Of a stretch of DNA of 64,000 bases, positions 1 to 14,550 are shown piece by piece (position 1 is the stretch's first letter; the number at the start of each line of letters is the position of its first letter). Below the pieces are notes generated by a model. That model saw only the letters and a program-made list of their open reading frames with translations. It searched no databases and had not been told where the DNA came from. The DNA comes from Phyllobates terribilis (taxonomy: Eukaryota): positions 246,884,001-246,948,000 of the forward strand of contig NW_027362767.1 in NCBI RefSeq assembly GCF_046119375.1, read 5' to 3'. A program made the translations under genes and the position numbers.

Positions 1-555
1 GTATGTCCGATGTAGAGTCAGGAGGTCCTCACACACATTAGAAAGTCATCTGATACTGCTGAATTCAGCCAAATTTAAAGGGGTCATCCAGCTGTGGGGA
101 CAATCTGTGTTTTACGTAAAGAAAAAAAAAAAAAAAATTGTAATCGTATTTTATCAAAATTTTTACAATATTCGCCTTCAAAAGCCTTTGTGTAGCCCTG
201 TCTATTACTGGTTGGAGAATGAGTTTACGGAGAAACAGTCAGTGAGCTCATTCACATTGTATGAAGGCAGAATTTGTTACTCTGAGCCCGTAAAAGCCAA
301 TTGTTTAATTAAACCCAATTGCAAAATTGATATACGGCTTTTGCATTGAAGTTTTCTGGGACCCCTTGTGATTGCTAAAATAGGGAGCACGCAGTCTGAT
401 TGTGCGCCACCAGCATTAGTGCAGCAGGGATAAGATGCATAGGCGGTACTGTGCCTTTTATATGGCCATTATCATATGGTCCATACGTGACTATTGAGCC
501 CTGGTAGTCCCAATCTGACCATGAAAGCCATTGTAGGGGCCCACAGGGAACTCAC

Positions 556-636
556 CTTGGATTTTAAGATCAGATCCTCCTTGGTGACTTCTCCAATGGA
601 ATCTAGATGAGGACAGAACTCGTCCATCTCGCCCAT
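556..636 (-). CDS. USP20: Ubiquitin-specific peptidase 20, first coding exon (rest of gene is off the left edge of the window)
   Basis: The minus strand reads MGEMDEFCPHLDSIGEVTKEDLILKSK, matching the USP20 N-terminus (CPHLDSIGEVTKEDL, start of the zf-UBP domain). GTGAG donor at 555-551. Exon acceptor at 697-696, so the exon spans 556-695. Head-to-head with C9orf78, as in mammals. Confidence 0.93.
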
Positions 637-1627
637 AGTGTCCACAAGTGACGGCGAAAAGGTCCTCGCCCCGAACCTTGATGATCAGAGAAAACCTGGA
701 AAAAAAAACAGCAAGAACAAGGGATGAAATAAATCAGCTGCTACAGGGGAAGCGGTTGCTTAAATGACAATTTCTTAACCAGGACCCTGGTGCTGCAATC
801 AATGACGACATCACTGAGAAGGTCACTATTAATACAGGTTATAGTCTGCAGCTTCACCTCCGGACCGACAGGAAAAAGGGCAGAGGCAGAAAAAATAGAG
901 GCCAAGATGCTGCAACCTCTTAATGGTGCAGACATTTTTCATTTTTGCCATTTTGCTTTTTTCCTCCCCTTCTTCCAAGAGTCAAAATTTTCCTCCAAAA
1001 TAGCCGTATTAGAGCTGGATTTTTATTTTATGTTGCCATTTTCAATAACATCATTTATTTTACCATAATAGGTCACAAACAAAACACCCCAAAAATTCCA
1101 AAAGGGGACAAGTTGCAGAAAAAAAAGAAAAAAACAATCCCGCCATGATATTTGTTTGTGCCATATATGTGGATTGAACAAATTCTGGAGATTGTAAAAA
1201 AAAATAAAAAAAAATAAAAAAAAAAAGTCTTTTATTTTGCTTGTGGAGCTGTACATTTTAATGGCACCACTTTGGGGTACAGAGGACTTATTTTTATTGC
1301 AGTTTTCTGGGGGCAGAGAAGCAATTTATACTTTTTTCCTTTACAAAGTTTTAACTATGGAGTTAAATAATTTTATTTTTTCGTAGCTCAGACTTTTACA
1401 GAGGCCGGAACACCAAATATGGTTTCTTTTTTTATATTGTTACATTTCTGTATTACATTTTTAAGTGGTGAATAGGGGGAGATTCAAGTTTCTGGGGTTA
1501 TTTTTTTTTTTTTAGAATTTTTATCCCCTGTATAGGACCTGAACCTACATTTATTTGATTGCATGATCTGTTTTTATGTAAATCACTGAATAATAAAAGA
1601 AAAAATAATAATTTTGCAACTTTCATA

Positions 1628-1810
1628 GGCCACGGCCCCACTATCAGTATTCGGTCAGTATTTTTTCTCAGGAGTGGGAGCCAAAACCAGGTGAGGAACA
1701 ATCAGAAAAAGGTATAATAGAAACAAGTCACCAATTCTGCATTTATCACCCACTCCTGGTTTTGGCTTCCACTCCTGAGAAAAAAAATACTGATAGTGGG
1801 GCCGTGGCCT
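1628..1810. mobile_element. Short hairpin MITE (second copy at about 5214-5400)
   Basis: TIRs GGCCACGG(C)CCCACTATCAGTA...TACTGATAGTGGG(G)CCGTGGCC. A near-identical copy lies in C9orf78 intron 3. Confidence 0.65.
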
Positions 1811-3088
1811 TACTCTGCATTTTAACTCCTATGTAAGTGTCAAGATCCCTGTTTGCAGGCAGTGACTGGAAACTCACTTGCTGAAATCCAGTCTCTGCTA
1901 ACTCTGTACAGAGCTTGGACATGAAATTGTCAGTAAAGTTGAGTTGCATAACAGTAATAGGCTCAGATATTAGCCCCCGAATAACCACAACTCCCAGCAA
2001 GCTCAGGGAGCCACAGGTTGTCAGGGCATGTTGGGAACTGTAGATCTGCACTAGCTGGAGAGCCACAGACTGTAGATCACTGGATTATATAGTCAGAAAA
2101 TGTAAAACCTAACTTTTATGGAATTTTCCATAATAGAATTCTTTCAGATTGGTTCTACTGGAAACCGTCAGCAAGCAGGCTAGAGGATGACGCGTCTCAT
2201 GATGAGATTATTGATATTCTAATCATAACCAGCCCCACTGTACGCAGACGGCCTCCTCACTACTCCTGAGAATTAGAATCAAATCCATGATCATGTGACG
2301 CCTGAAAGTGTCCACAGGATTTACCGTAAAGGTCTTATATGCGCGGGTTCTAAAGGAAGGGAAGGGGGGTCCCGCATCTATCGTCAGGGGAACCCAAATC
2401 TGCACTTAGTGCCGCCCCACAGAACAGGTCAGATGCTGATTTGGATCCACGCAATGGTCGACATTTACTACCACTTTCCAAAAGTCAGACGACGTACACC
2501 GAGTCCATGTGCCAAATACTGTATATAGATAAAAGAAAAAAAAACAACTATGTGCCTGCAGTTGGAGCAAAGTATGCTATGAAAATAAATAAATGCAGTG
2601 ACCTTAATTAATACAGGATAATGTCCTGACAACTAGGCAAAGAACGGGAAGAGTTGTCATGGGGACGCTCCTTCCAAAATACACATATATATCCGTATAT
2701 ACCAGAGTGTATTGCCCCCCTGAGACCAGTTACACTGCGGTCCATCTGCCAGACATTATCAGAGGTGACAACCCCTGTGGGGGCTCTAATGATGCCATAT
2801 TGGTTGTCACCCAGCTTTCCCAAAGCCCAGAAAGGCAAATTTTCCTAGGAGACAGGAATTGCGCATATATCATTACACAGAGCGGTCACTCAGGGCTCGG
2901 GGAAAGCTGGGTGAAGACACCTGGGCAGCCATATTGGTTGTCACCCAGCTTTGCCAGGAGGATAATGCATCTTTCCAGTAACAACGTCCACATATATATA
3001 GATATATATCTATATATACACACAGTATATCTGCCCCTGCCCGCAGTATACCCGTCTGCTCCGGGTGCAGCCTCCGCAGGACTCTCAC

Positions 3089-3200
3089 CTCCTCTCCCTC
3101 CGGGCTATGGCACAGCCGCCTGCACACGGGGCCCCATCTTTCTGCAGTTGTTGACGGATGATTCCTTAGCTCCACCCCCTCCTCTCACTGCCAGTGATGG
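3089..3200 (-). other. USP20: Probable non-coding exon 1 of USP20
   Basis: Minus-strand AG|GTGAG donor at 3088-3084 inside the GC-rich promoter. The 5' boundary is approximate. Confidence 0.5.
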
Positions 3201-3312
3201 GGTGGAGCCTAAAAGCCTCAGAAGGGCGTTATACGTCATCACTCCGCGCCGGAAGTAAAGTCGTCTTACTGTTGTTTACATCCAGTTCTCGAGACTCGTG
3301 TGTAAATCGAAG
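3150..3312. promoter_or_regulatory. Bidirectional USP20/C9orf78 promoter
   Basis: CpG-rich segment between the divergent genes. ETS/GABP site CCGGAAGT at 3249-3256 and CRE half-site ACGTCA at about 3233-3238. Confidence 0.7.
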
Positions 3313-6300
3313 ATGCCAGCCGGTAAAAACTTCCGCAGGCGCAAAGCCTCCAGCTCGGAGGAAGAGGAGGAAGACCAAGGGGTGACCAAGGAGGTTAGGT
3401 CAGTGACGGATTATTACCATGGGATGTTCATGATGTCCAAGCAACCAATCAGATTCCACCTTTCATTTTTAGAAACCCCCTTTGAAGAGTGATAGAAGCA
3501 ATCTGATTGGCTGTTTTTGTCTTCTTTTTTTAATCTTTGCAGCAGTATTGATAGATTGTGGTAGAAACACAGGAGAATCTCCTCCGTGTGACGTCTGTGT
3601 CGCTGCTATTCTTAATACTTTTTTTTTTATGTTTGTGCAGAAGGAAACTTGAAGAAGCTAAAGAGGTGCAGAGTCTAAGAAAGCGACAAAATGGTGTAAG
3701 GTAAGAGAGAGAAAGAAACATATTCAGCTGAGGGTTTGCTACAATTGTATCCAATCGCATGTGAGAGAAACTGCCTGGATTGTGCACTTATAATACATTG
3801 TGCCTGCACCGATACATTGTACCAAACTAAAAGATGTCAGCGGAGTGTTACACCGCCTGGATGTTTACCTACAATGACCCCCCTCACCCCTGTGTTCTCT
3901 CTGCAGTGCTGCAGCTCTGTTGGTGGGAGAAAAATTACAAGAAGAATCAGTAATGGCGGTGAGTCCATGTGGTATTAAAGGGGTCGTACCAAAATATGAA
4001 GTTATCCCCCATTCATTAGATAGGGGATAAGTTCCTGATTGCTGGCGGTGGGGGGGGGTCCTACCTCTGCCCCCTACCGCTGGTGGTCACAACTGCTCAC
4101 TACTGCTCTTTTCGCATAGAGGACTTTGTAACCGTTTTGGGGATCCCATCCATTGGACCACCAGCAATCAGGAAGTAATCCCCTATCCCACGGATAGGGG
4201 GTAACTTCATATCTTGATGTAAAGCCTTTTAAAGGGGTTGTCTGGTCTAAAACTCAAAGTCTGCAGTCATTGTGTGTGACTGCAGACTTGTGAATCCCCA
4301 CATAATGTGCACTGCAAGCTTTGAGGATTCTCCGGTGCTGGGAGCAGGCGCGTGTTCACAAGTATGCAATATGCATATTCCCAGCCACATTCCAACTAGA
4401 CTGTTTCCAGGCTAGCTCAATACAGTTGCATTGAGCAAGGCCATGCATGTCTAGTCGGAATGTGGCCGGGAATATGTTGCATGCTTGTGTCCATGCGTCC
4501 AGCAAGCTGAGGATCCTCACAGCTCGCGGTGCGTGATGTGAGGATTCACAATTCTTTCACACAGAATGACTGCAGACTTGGAGTTTTGGACCAGACAACA
4601 GCTTTAAGGTAGGTTTTCCAAATATGTTAATTTCTTGTTATGGTACAGCATCCAGTCATATGAAAGGAACCCTCCAAGCAAAACTGGGAAAAGATGTTGT
4701 GTGTAGGGGGTGAGTTGTGACATGATTCAGGAGAACAAACGAGAGATTCCCTCTAATGCTCCGCTTATTTCAGGTCCCCTCCTAGACATAACTCATTGTT
4801 TCAATTCTGCAAGAGGGTTTCTTTAAGTTGTGACTAAGGCCAGATGAGATTACCGGGCTCAACCGCAGGGTCTCCTAACCTGTGCTACCTGACTCATAGG
4901 CATATATGAGACTGTTGGGTCAGGAGATGCCATAGTGGGACTGGTCCATATATCACATAGGTGTGAGATCTGCCTTATGAGAAGCACAATAAACTGGTTC
5001 TCATATCTCTCAGGGGTCCAAGAAGCTGAGATCTCTGCTGCTGTTTTGTTAGTCCTCACACTATAGCGCTACCTTACCAGCCATACATTTTCGGTGCTGG
5101 CATTATTTAGTTTGCACCAAGAAAGGACCTGTACCCGAATTAACCACAGCATGTGTCTGGAATCAGAGATCACTCCAGTCCTGTCTGTTTAACCCCCTCA
5201 GACGCTGTGGTTAAGGCCACGGTCAGTATTCGGTCAGTATTTTTTCTCAGGAGTGGGAGCCAAAACCAGGTGAGGAACAATCAGAGAAAAGGTATAATAG
5301 AAACAAGTCACCAATTCTGCATTTATCACCCACTCTTGGTTTTGGCTCCCACTCCTGAGAAAAAATACTGACCGAATACTGATAGTGGGGTCGTGGCCTA
5401 ATAGTGACTCCGGTATCGCAGGAGGGTAGTCTGTAGGAGCGTCCCTCTGTGACCCCCAAATAGCACCTCAGTGACGCAGTTGCAAGGTTCTGAATTGGTT
5501 TTGTGGTAACTGGGAGCCTGATGAAGGTAATCACATGGACTCCCAGTATGCTGCACCTGCTCAGAACCTCTTTTTATGATTGTTTGTCTATTCATAGGAT
5601 GATCCTTTCAAGGTCAAAACTGGAGGGATGGTGGATATGAAAAAACTGAAGGATCGCGGGAAGGACAGGTAACTTTCTATGTAATGCTGTGACGCCGGAT
5701 GAGGAGGTCGGAGCTCGTCTGACGTAATTCATTCTTTTTCCTCCAGTAAGATTGGAGACGATGAAGAGCTGAACCTGGGGACCTCGTTCTCCGCGGAAAC
5801 CAACAGGAGGGATGAAGATGCCGACATGTAGGTGTACGGATAGTGCCAAGGCAGTCTGATATCGCCCTTCATTGGCGGTATTAGTAATCAGAGTAAAAGC
5901 TGTGGGATGTTGGGGGTTGTTCTCCACAATTTGGCAATTGTACTATGCATTATTAATACTAACAATATCTCTTATATTTGCAATTTCAGGATGAAGTACA
6001 TAGAGACAGAGCTGAAGAAAAGAAAAGGAATAATTGAGAACGAAGAGAAGAAGGTGAAGCCGAAGAGTGCGGAGGATTGCTTGTACGAGCTCCCGGACAG
6101 CATCAAGGTGTCCTCCGCCAAGAAGACCGAGGAGATGTTGTCCAATCAGATGCTGAGCGGCATCCCGGAGGTGGACCTGGGCATAGAGTATGTGAGCTTC
6201 GTGTATATACCTGCCGTGGGAATTAATGACAGTTAAAACAAATGTGACAGATGTAAATAAAATATTTTATTATTTTTAGTGCAAAAATCAAAAACATCAT

Positions 6301-7889
6301 CTTCACCGAGGAAGCCAAAGCCCGCTTACTGGCCGAGCAGCAGAATAAGAAAAAGGACAAGCAGACTTCCTTCGTGCCCACTAACATGGCTGTCAACTAC
6401 GTACAGCACAATCGATGTAAGATCATGGTATATGGTCATGGTATAATAACTCGTAGGCCCCTCCAACAATATTTAGTGTTGTGAACCGAGCGTCATTCCC
6501 ATAGACCATAAACCGAGCAGAACCCGAGAAAGTGCACCTCCGCTCCAATGGGGACGGGGCTGCCGGAACCATTCTCTGAGTTCCTATCTCGCAATTGCTG
6601 GGGCTCCTTCTGTTGGGCAATCAACAGTTAGCAAATTATGCCATATCCCATGGTTAGAGGATAACTTGTTTTTTTTTTTTTTCTTTTTAATGATCCGTTA
6701 ATGGGGCTGAGATGACATTTTTGTGTTAACAATGGCAGATGCACATTGGCAGCTCCTTCATCATTGATTGTCGGAATTAATTACAAAAAAATAATGAGCT
6801 CCCTGCTAAATACCCATATTACAATACAGTATCCAAAGATCGCTATATTGCAAATTATGTGATAAAACTTGGAATTCTGTTAAGGAGGTTAATATTGGAG
6901 AAAACAATGGTTTTGTCTTCCCCAGATCCACCTCTTTCCTGTCCGAAGGCCATATTTAATATGATTTGCTTGCATGAGGTTAAGCTGTGATACCAGACTC
7001 AGCCCATGGAGGAAAGGGGCGCCGTTTCTGCACAGAACAGTTTCTTAAGCCCCCGTCTCACATAGCGAGATCTCTAGCGAGATCGCTGCTGAGTCACGGT
7101 TTTGGTGGCGCAACAGCGACCTCACCAGCGATGTCGCTATGTGTGACACTTTGCAGCGATCAGGCCCCTGCTGTGAGGTCGCTGATCGCTGCAAAGTGTC
7201 CTGGACCATTTTTTGGTCGTTGCCCTCCCGCTGGTCAGCACACATCACCGTAGCGGAGTGGTAACCATGATAAACAGCGGGTTACTAAGTGCGCATGTGC
7301 CCCTAGTAACCCGATGTTTATCATGGTTACCAGCCTGCGTCTGCTTCAGCAGGCTGGTAACCAGGAGCAGGACATCGTGGAAAGATTCTTTCCACGATAT
7401 CGCTGCTCTCCTGATCGTTGGTGAACCTGCCTGTTTGACAGCTCACCAGCGACCACATAGCGACGCAGCAACGATCCCTGACAGGTCGTATCGTTGTCGG
7501 GATCGCTGTAGCGTCGCTAAGTGTGACGGGGCCTTTAGAGTACAGCTTAAAAGGGTTGTCATAAATGCTTCAATAGACAACATTTATCACCTATTCATAG
7601 GAGAGATGATAAATGTACAATACAGGGGGACTTAGGTTGCTGAGACCACCACCGATTGCAAGAACGATTATAAAATATTGTGTGTATATGGAGCGGTAGT
7701 GAGCATGTGCGACCACCACTCCTATTGACAGTGAATGGAGCAATGGTCGCACATGCTCACTACCTTTCTATTCATACACCCCAATTATGTCTGGTCAGAC
7801 CCCCAGCAATCATGCATTCTGCAGATAGGTGTGATATATAATATATATATAATATATATTATATATATATATATATATACATACATACA

Positions 7890-7920
<31 letters not shown>

Positions 7921-8332
7921 CTCTTATCACCACTTTAACGACCCTTTTCCCTGTTGGTTTTCAGTCTACCAGGAGGACCTGAACACCCCTTTGAGACGTC
8001 ACAAGGAAGAGCCAAAAGCGCGTCCCCTCCGTGTAGGCGACACAGAGAAGCCAGAGCCTGAGAGTGAGTATATAGCTGGGGCTCTGGAGACACAAACCTG
8101 GGGCTGTAGTTGGCTCCAGCTATTCCCTAAGGAGGGAAAACTACGCTTTGTCAGACATTTATACCTAGTTTTATCGCAGATGAACATGAATGATTATTTT
8201 TATATGTATATTTCCTGATTGTATCATCCTTCATCTTCAGAATCTCCTCCAAACCGCAAGCGTCCATCCAACGAGAAGGCCACGGACGACTATCATTATG
8301 AGAAATTTAAGAAAATGAACCGACGTTACTAA
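3313..8332 (+). CDS. C9orf78: C9orf78 / TLS1 spliceosome-associated protein, complete, 291 aa
   Basis: Nine GT-AG exons join in frame: 3313-3398, 3641-3700, 3907-3958, 5598-5668, 5747-5827, 5990-6187, 6280-6416, 7965-8063, 8241-8332 (876 nt, TAA stop). Contains LGTSFSAETNRRDEDADMMKYIETELKKRKG, KKTEEMLSNQMLSGIPEVDLGI and NEKATDDYHYEKFKKMNRRY. Confidence 0.97.
3978..4608. mobile_element. Two adjacent T2/Kolobok-type MITEs
   Basis: TTAA-bounded elements with AAGGGG termini and internal inverted repeats (about 3978-4230 and 4231-4608). A related partial copy lies at about 34950-35165. Confidence 0.6.
7048..7534. mobile_element. T2/Kolobok-type MITE (second copy 45292-45799)
   Basis: TIRs AAGCCCCCGTCTCACATAGCGA / TCGCTAAGTGTGACGGGGCCTT with TTAA-like flanks. 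A highly similar copy is at 45292-45799. Confidence 0.75.
7835..7920. repeat. (TA)n-(TACA)n compound microsatellite
   Basis: Directly visible in C9orf78 intron 7. Confidence 0.95.
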
Positions 8333-8949
8333 TGCTGCAATCCAGTGACCTGTAACACCCAGTAATGAGGCGCGATGATGGAGCTGGGAGTACTTTTCTT
8401 TATTTCCTTCTTTTTCTTCTACCGCCACATCACATCCAGCTAAGACACGTGGAAACTAAAGACAATGACTTGAGTCTAAGGGACAAAGACTTCAGTGTTA
8501 TTCGTGGATTTATGTCTGTATTTTATTTTTATTAACTGTTAGCTACATTGTATCCAGCAAAGGGAGGCAATTAAACAATCTCTTCACCATTGTGACGTGT
8601 TGTTTTTTTTTTGCAGCAATTTTATGTAGGAATTGAACTCGCTTTACTGTAACTTAAAAAAAATGTGAAAACTGCTTCTTCTTCTTCTTCTTCTTCTTCT
8701 TCATATCTCTATGCGCAGATATGATGTCTTTATGTCAGAGGCCTCATTATTGAGGCTGCACTACTGAGATATTCAGATGACCACATACCTCCGTGTTATC
8801 ATGAAGACTTTATCCAGCTCCAAATTCAAAGCGGGTCGTAAGTGCAGATTTATTACATGATCGGGCTCCGCTCTACCTGACAAATCAGGAGCAGTCATGT
8901 TACCGTCCCTCAGTAGTGCAGCCGCAGGCTTTAGGCCTTCAACTTCAGA

Positions 8950-10030
8950 AACTCCTATCTCAGCAAAGGAGATTGATGTTAAGTTGTTTTCACACTTTCT
9001 ACCCCATCACGACGACCAAGCGATATATATTTTTTTTCCTCCCTTTCTTCCAAGAGCCATAACTTTTTTATTTTTCCGTCAATATGGCCGTGTGAGGGCT
9101 TTTTTTTGCAAAATGGGTTGTACAGTTTAACAACACCATTCATTTTACCATATAGTTTACTGGAAAATGGGGAAAAAAAATTCCAAGTGTGTTTAAATTA
9201 CAAAAAAAGTGCAAATCCACATTAGTTCTTTACCTGGCAATATGATTCTCCAGGTCAGTATGAGTACACAGATACCAAACCGGTATAGTTTTTTATTATT
9301 ATTATTATTATTATATAGGTGGTGGAAAAAAATGTTGGAAATTTGTAAAAAAAAAAAATAATAATAATAATTTGTTTTTGTCGCCATTTTCCAAGACCTG
9401 TAACATATTCATTTTTCAGGATCTGGGGCCGGGTGATGGCTTGTTTTTTTGCACTGATGTTTTTACTGATAGCATTTTGGGGTAGATACGATGTTTTGAT
9501 CGCCTCTTATTGCATTTTGTTGCAACGTTGCGGCGACAAAATAAAAACTGTAATTAAGGTGTTTTGATCTTTTTTTTTCTCGTTAAGTCATTTACCGATC
9601 AGATTAATTTATTTTATATTTTGATAGATCGGGCATTTCTGAACGCAGCGATACCAAATATGTGTATTTTAATTGTATTATTTTTAATGGGTCAAAAGAG
9701 GGGTGATTTGAACTTTTGTCTTTTTTTTTACTTTTTACAATCTTCAATAGTCCCCTTAGGAGACTTGAAGCTGCGATCGTCCGATGCCCTGTGCTACACA
9801 AAGCTGCAGAAATCACAATCTATGAATGCCGGCGCTCACAGGGGATCACAATGACCGGCACGGGGGTCTTCTGCAGACCCCTGGATGTCATGACACACTT
9901 CCGGCTGACGTGTGTTGTCAGCCAGTGATTAGCTATAATTCTCCTCGTCTGGTACAGTATTTTAGCTATGGCAAGATGCACTTGACACATACCCCCAATG
10001 TCCCCCACGACGCCCAGGAACCTGTGTTCA
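8950..10030. mobile_element. Degenerate non-autonomous DNA-transposon-like repeat (related sequence at about 890-1500)
   Basis: AT-rich repeat whose motifs (GAAATTGACCTT/AAGTTGTTTTC, TATGGCCGTGTGAGGGCT-like, AAATGGG..GTA) recur in the opposite orientation at 900-1500. Family not determinable. Confidence 0.45.
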
Positions 10031-11019
10031 GTCTTAATATTTTTTTTGTTTTTTATGAATACCATATTTTCATTTGTGCTACATTTTTGTCACTGTGTGT
10101 TAATACTAAGAATACATTGTCTGGCTCAATCTAAAAACTGAGCAGCATGACACAAGATCGATTTGGCCTTGATCCGGTTGCCCATTTATTAAATGTGTGT
10201 TCCCATCTTACTCATTTATAGAAAAGCAGCAGGATGTGGCATAAATGCCCAAAAGGTGCAACTTCAACCTCAAGGGACCCTCAGCTGTTTGGATGCCGGG
10301 GGGTCTAGTGACCTCCCGTTCATTAAATATCATTCATTGTGGGTTTTATACAGATCTGGCAGCTAATGATGTCTAGGCTAACCAATGACACATATTAGGG
10401 TCCCCCATGAAGATTAGATAGCTGTGGGGCTGAACAATTATTCGGCCATAGCTGTTTGCCCCTGATCCTCCATACTCAGGATCACTCAGCTCGGCCGTGC
10501 TGTCCTGTGTCTTCTATGGGAAAGCTGGATGCCTGCTCCACCGTCCGGCAGGGATTCCTATATCTTTGGATCTGACAGATTACAGTGCTGTGAAGCTACA
10601 AGACATTTACTAATTTTTTATCATCCTGAACCATGCCACTGATAGACGGACATTTGACCAGACGTGTTCAGCAGCGGCCTCTAATAAAACTGCACAGCAA
10701 GGGAAATTAGCGCAGGGACAATGCTGTTCAACAGAGGCCACCGATGGTCCATTCTAGTCCAATGGCCGTCCATCAGTGACATGTTCCAGACCAGAGAGTT
10801 GCTGTGATGGGACGGCACTTCTTCATTAAGAAAATAAGTTCTATTCAGTTAATTACATTTCACCCACCTCAAAAATACTTTCCTCCCTCAAGGTTGTGGG
10901 AACGTTTAGAGCAGCGAGGAACAAACATATTACATTTTAGATTTAATATATGAAAAGTACAGGGATAATGAAAAGGTCTTTCTGACGACGAGCCCACCTG
11001 AATAACGTCATGAAGAGTC

Positions 11020-11420
11020 CTTCACAGGGGAACATCACACAGGTGGGGTGGTACAAAATACAGGGGCCGGACCCCTCTAGTCTTCATCCCACGCGCACCA
11101 ACAGCTCGGCATTACATTAATTTGGTTGTGGAACCAGGGGTGCGGCCATTTCTCCAAAGTGTCCCAGGAGCCGTTTTTCAACACGGCAACACCAGGCCAC
11201 ATGTTACTTGTGTTACTGTGAGCAGCCTGCGTGGCCTAAACATGCCACCATGGCTGCAGCTCTCCGGACTTGTCTCCCATCCGGTACATCTGGGACGTCA
11301 TTGGTCGGCAATTGCACAGGAGCTGCCACCAGTGGATCTTGATGATTTGTCTAAGTGCATTCAGCGGCAGAACCTTCCTCAGATGACCATTAATAACCTC
11401 AGTGATAAGTGCAAAGATTA
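11020..11420 (+). mobile_element. Tc1/mariner transposase remnant
   Basis: Fragments read PGAVFQHGNTRPHV and a degenerate SPDLSPI..IWDV motif. Confidence 0.65.
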
Positions 11421-14400
11421 AATTGAGATGTTTTGAGAACTTTGTTTCCATTTTTTACATGGCGGCCGGGATCTTTATGATATACCTAAACCAATCAACC
11501 TTGTTAACCCCTTCCTGCACCAAGCTGTACAGACAGTCAATAGCATTAATGTGACATACGGAATGGTATCCTATTGATCACGTTAATGGCACTATTTTCA
11601 ATAACAGAACCATCATCTTGTTTTCTATATATGTCACTTCTTCCAGATCTGTAGTGTGACTTGGACAAAAACATATTCGGACAACACCTAGCCAAGCAGG
11701 TCATCTTGAGGACAATGCAGAAAGAAAAATGTCTCAAACCGCTCGTCTTCTCTTTTCGTGGACTGACCGGCAGTGGTAAGACTTATATCAGTAATATCAT
11801 ATCCAAACATTTTAACCCAAGAGGTACCAAAACTCAATTTTACATACATTTGTGGCATCTCCTAGTTTTCTACTTGAAAGTCAAGTTGAATCCTACAAGG
11901 TAATGGAGAATATACAATATCATGGAGCTACTGCGTTATCCAAATTCTGTCTCATACAGATGTTGTCTTCTCTCTTTGTTCAGTTTTCTTTATATGGATT
12001 TCCTATTTTTTTGCATTTGTATCACATGTGGATTAGATACAGCAGTTTGGAAGGCTATGTGTTTGGTCTGAGGAGCAATAAGCTGATACCTTGCTCACTT
12101 GGATGAGCACAATTGTCCCTCTATGGAGAAGCAGAGGACGTCTGGATGGTTGCTGGTGCAGAGGAGGCAGCACTGGTGGTCAAGAGATGTGCCAGAGACC
12201 TCTGTGTGGAGCGCTGGAGAGGGGTCATCTATTGGTACGTGAATGGATCACCCAGTAGAAGGCAACATGGCTGCTTGGCCATGTGAGGTCTAGTGAGTGA
12301 GTCAAGGAGTGGACAGTGAGGAGTGGATCTGAGAGTGCTCTGGAGCCTGACCAGTAATGGCCAAGGATCCTTGTCAGCCCAAGTTAACTCGAATCTGCTG
12401 AGGCTGTAGGAAGCTCAGTTGGAAACCAGTGATGGGTGAGATTGGAGAGGTCATACCCAAGGAAGGCTTTAATGAAGACCTGTAAAGACTGCAGTAGGGT
12501 CTGGTTGCCCAGATGGTCATTGAATTGGCTGGAAATACAGTGTTGGACTATGAGAAATGAGGCCTAGCTCAAGCCCTGGAGAGAGATGAGGTCTTACTGG
12601 AAGGCTGTCTGCCAGTCTATGTGCGGAGAGGACCTGAGTAGTGGTCTGGACGTTGTCTGATAAGGTTGCCTATTAGACTGAACTTGGAGATAACCTGTGA
12701 GACGTCAAGCCCTTGTGGACCTAACCCTTGAGACACAGGGAACTGTCACAGGGACAGGGAATGGTGACAAAAAGGTGAAACTCTCCAAGGAACCGTAACA
12801 AGGACAAATCCCTTGATGACTAACCCACTGACATAAAGGGATGGTTACAGAGGAAACAGGCAGAGACCTGGAGAGTAAAGTCCGCAAGAAGAGGTAGACA
12901 ATGTAACAGGAACTAAAAAGTGGGCAAGAGAATTTTTAAAAAACTTTGTTGTGTTTATTTTGCTTATTCTGCAACGTTCACGAATAATCCTTAAACTGAG
13001 CTTCAAAGCTATTATACATTTTGTGCCTGGCAAAGAGATTGTAACCCAAACGCGCTGTGTGCCACCATGTCTGTATTAGTGGTCAGCAACTGATGAATTT
13101 GTTCTGTCAGCAATTGTTTTTTTATTTTTTTTTTTTATTTTAGGGGAACCATTTAATTTGCCCACAAGGCAAGTGACATTTTTATTTGAAGGTCTGGAAG
13201 TCAGCCAAGCTGTCTTCTTCATAAAGCCATGTGTGCAGTCGACTCTACAGAACTTTGAACCTAAGAGGAGTAGTGACATAATCAGTCCTCCCTAGATAAC
13301 CCACCACTCCCCTAATCTATGGATCTCCTTTTACTTGTTATCTGAGGTGGAACTATAGATCATGGACGATCATTTCACCCAAGGAACGAGCGTTTTGCTC
13401 TTTTGACAGTGCCATATTGCAAAGTCCCTTCCATGTCGCAGGCAAGCACTAATCTTTTATATCTAAAGACTATGATGCCTTCTTTTCTTTACCTACAGGA
13501 CCAGCTGGACGCATGGATCAGAGGGAACGTGTCGCGTTTTATGCGCTCTTCATATTTGATGACATTGACAAGATGCATCCAGGATTCTTGCATTCCCTAA
13601 AGCCGTATTTTGATTATCATGATAACATTGATGGCGTGTCTTAAATAAAAAAAAGTTTTCATCTTTATGTGGTAAGGGCGACATCAAATAGGTTGTCCCA
13701 GAATCCTATGTGAAGGGCAGTGATGTTTGTACGGGAGCAGTTTTGTGTAGAAGAGCCAACATTATTCTACTTATTATTTTTTCTGGCCTAGATAGATAAC
13801 CGTCAGCCTGGAAATTTTGCCTAAGAGGTTTTTGACCTCTTTGTAGAGCATGGTGTCTTCTATCATGAAAGTTCAATACTTTCTTACTTGGTGTCCTGTC
13901 ACTGTGCAAAGCACCAGACCTTTGTTATCCATGGAGGCTAGTGGGCTACTGGAGTTCAGTGGTCCTCAGTGGCAATAGAGGCAGCACTGTCACCTATAGG
14001 CCCGTAGCCCAAGCCATGCCACTTGATGCAATTGTTACACATCTGTCCCGGGTATCCTAGGTTCCGCTCCCTTCTCCTGTGCCCGTTGCCCTCTATTGTG
14101 CTTCACGTTGGATTTTGCAGGTTGTCCTGTGTGAATCAATGACATCATCTCCCTAGACCTATTTAAGGACCATTGACACAAACACACCTGTATCTTGGGA
14201 CTGAGACTCTAGTGTTCCTTGTTTGGTGGGTTCCATTATCTGTACTACTGTGTTTCAACTCGCATCCTTCCATGCCGGGTTCCACTCCATCTGTCCAACT
14301 GCACCTGAATTTCTAGTTAGTCCTAGTCCTCACAAATCCATGTGTCCTCTGGAAGATGCACCAATGACTGTGGTCTGTGTGCCCACCGGAAATAGAGGCT

Positions 14401-14550
14401 TAGAGGATCCACCTCACCTGGTAAGCTTTTAAAGAAATGCTGTATTGGGTGATATCGGATAAGACATAAAGGCATTTGGCTCGCTGTTCTCATTAGATAT
14501 TGTGTGAACATTAGGTTCTTGGTTGTAGACTGTGCTCCTCAGGTCATTAC

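Noticed and set aside
2659-3258. 199-aa ORF upstream of C9orf78
   Set aside because: No recognisable motif. It runs through an internally duplicated intronic segment, a (TA)n tract and the promoter.
8400-11646. Exon 1 of the torsin pseudogene
   Set aside because: No signal-peptide plus EPI-like segment with a phase-1 donor could be recognised. It is deleted or too decayed.
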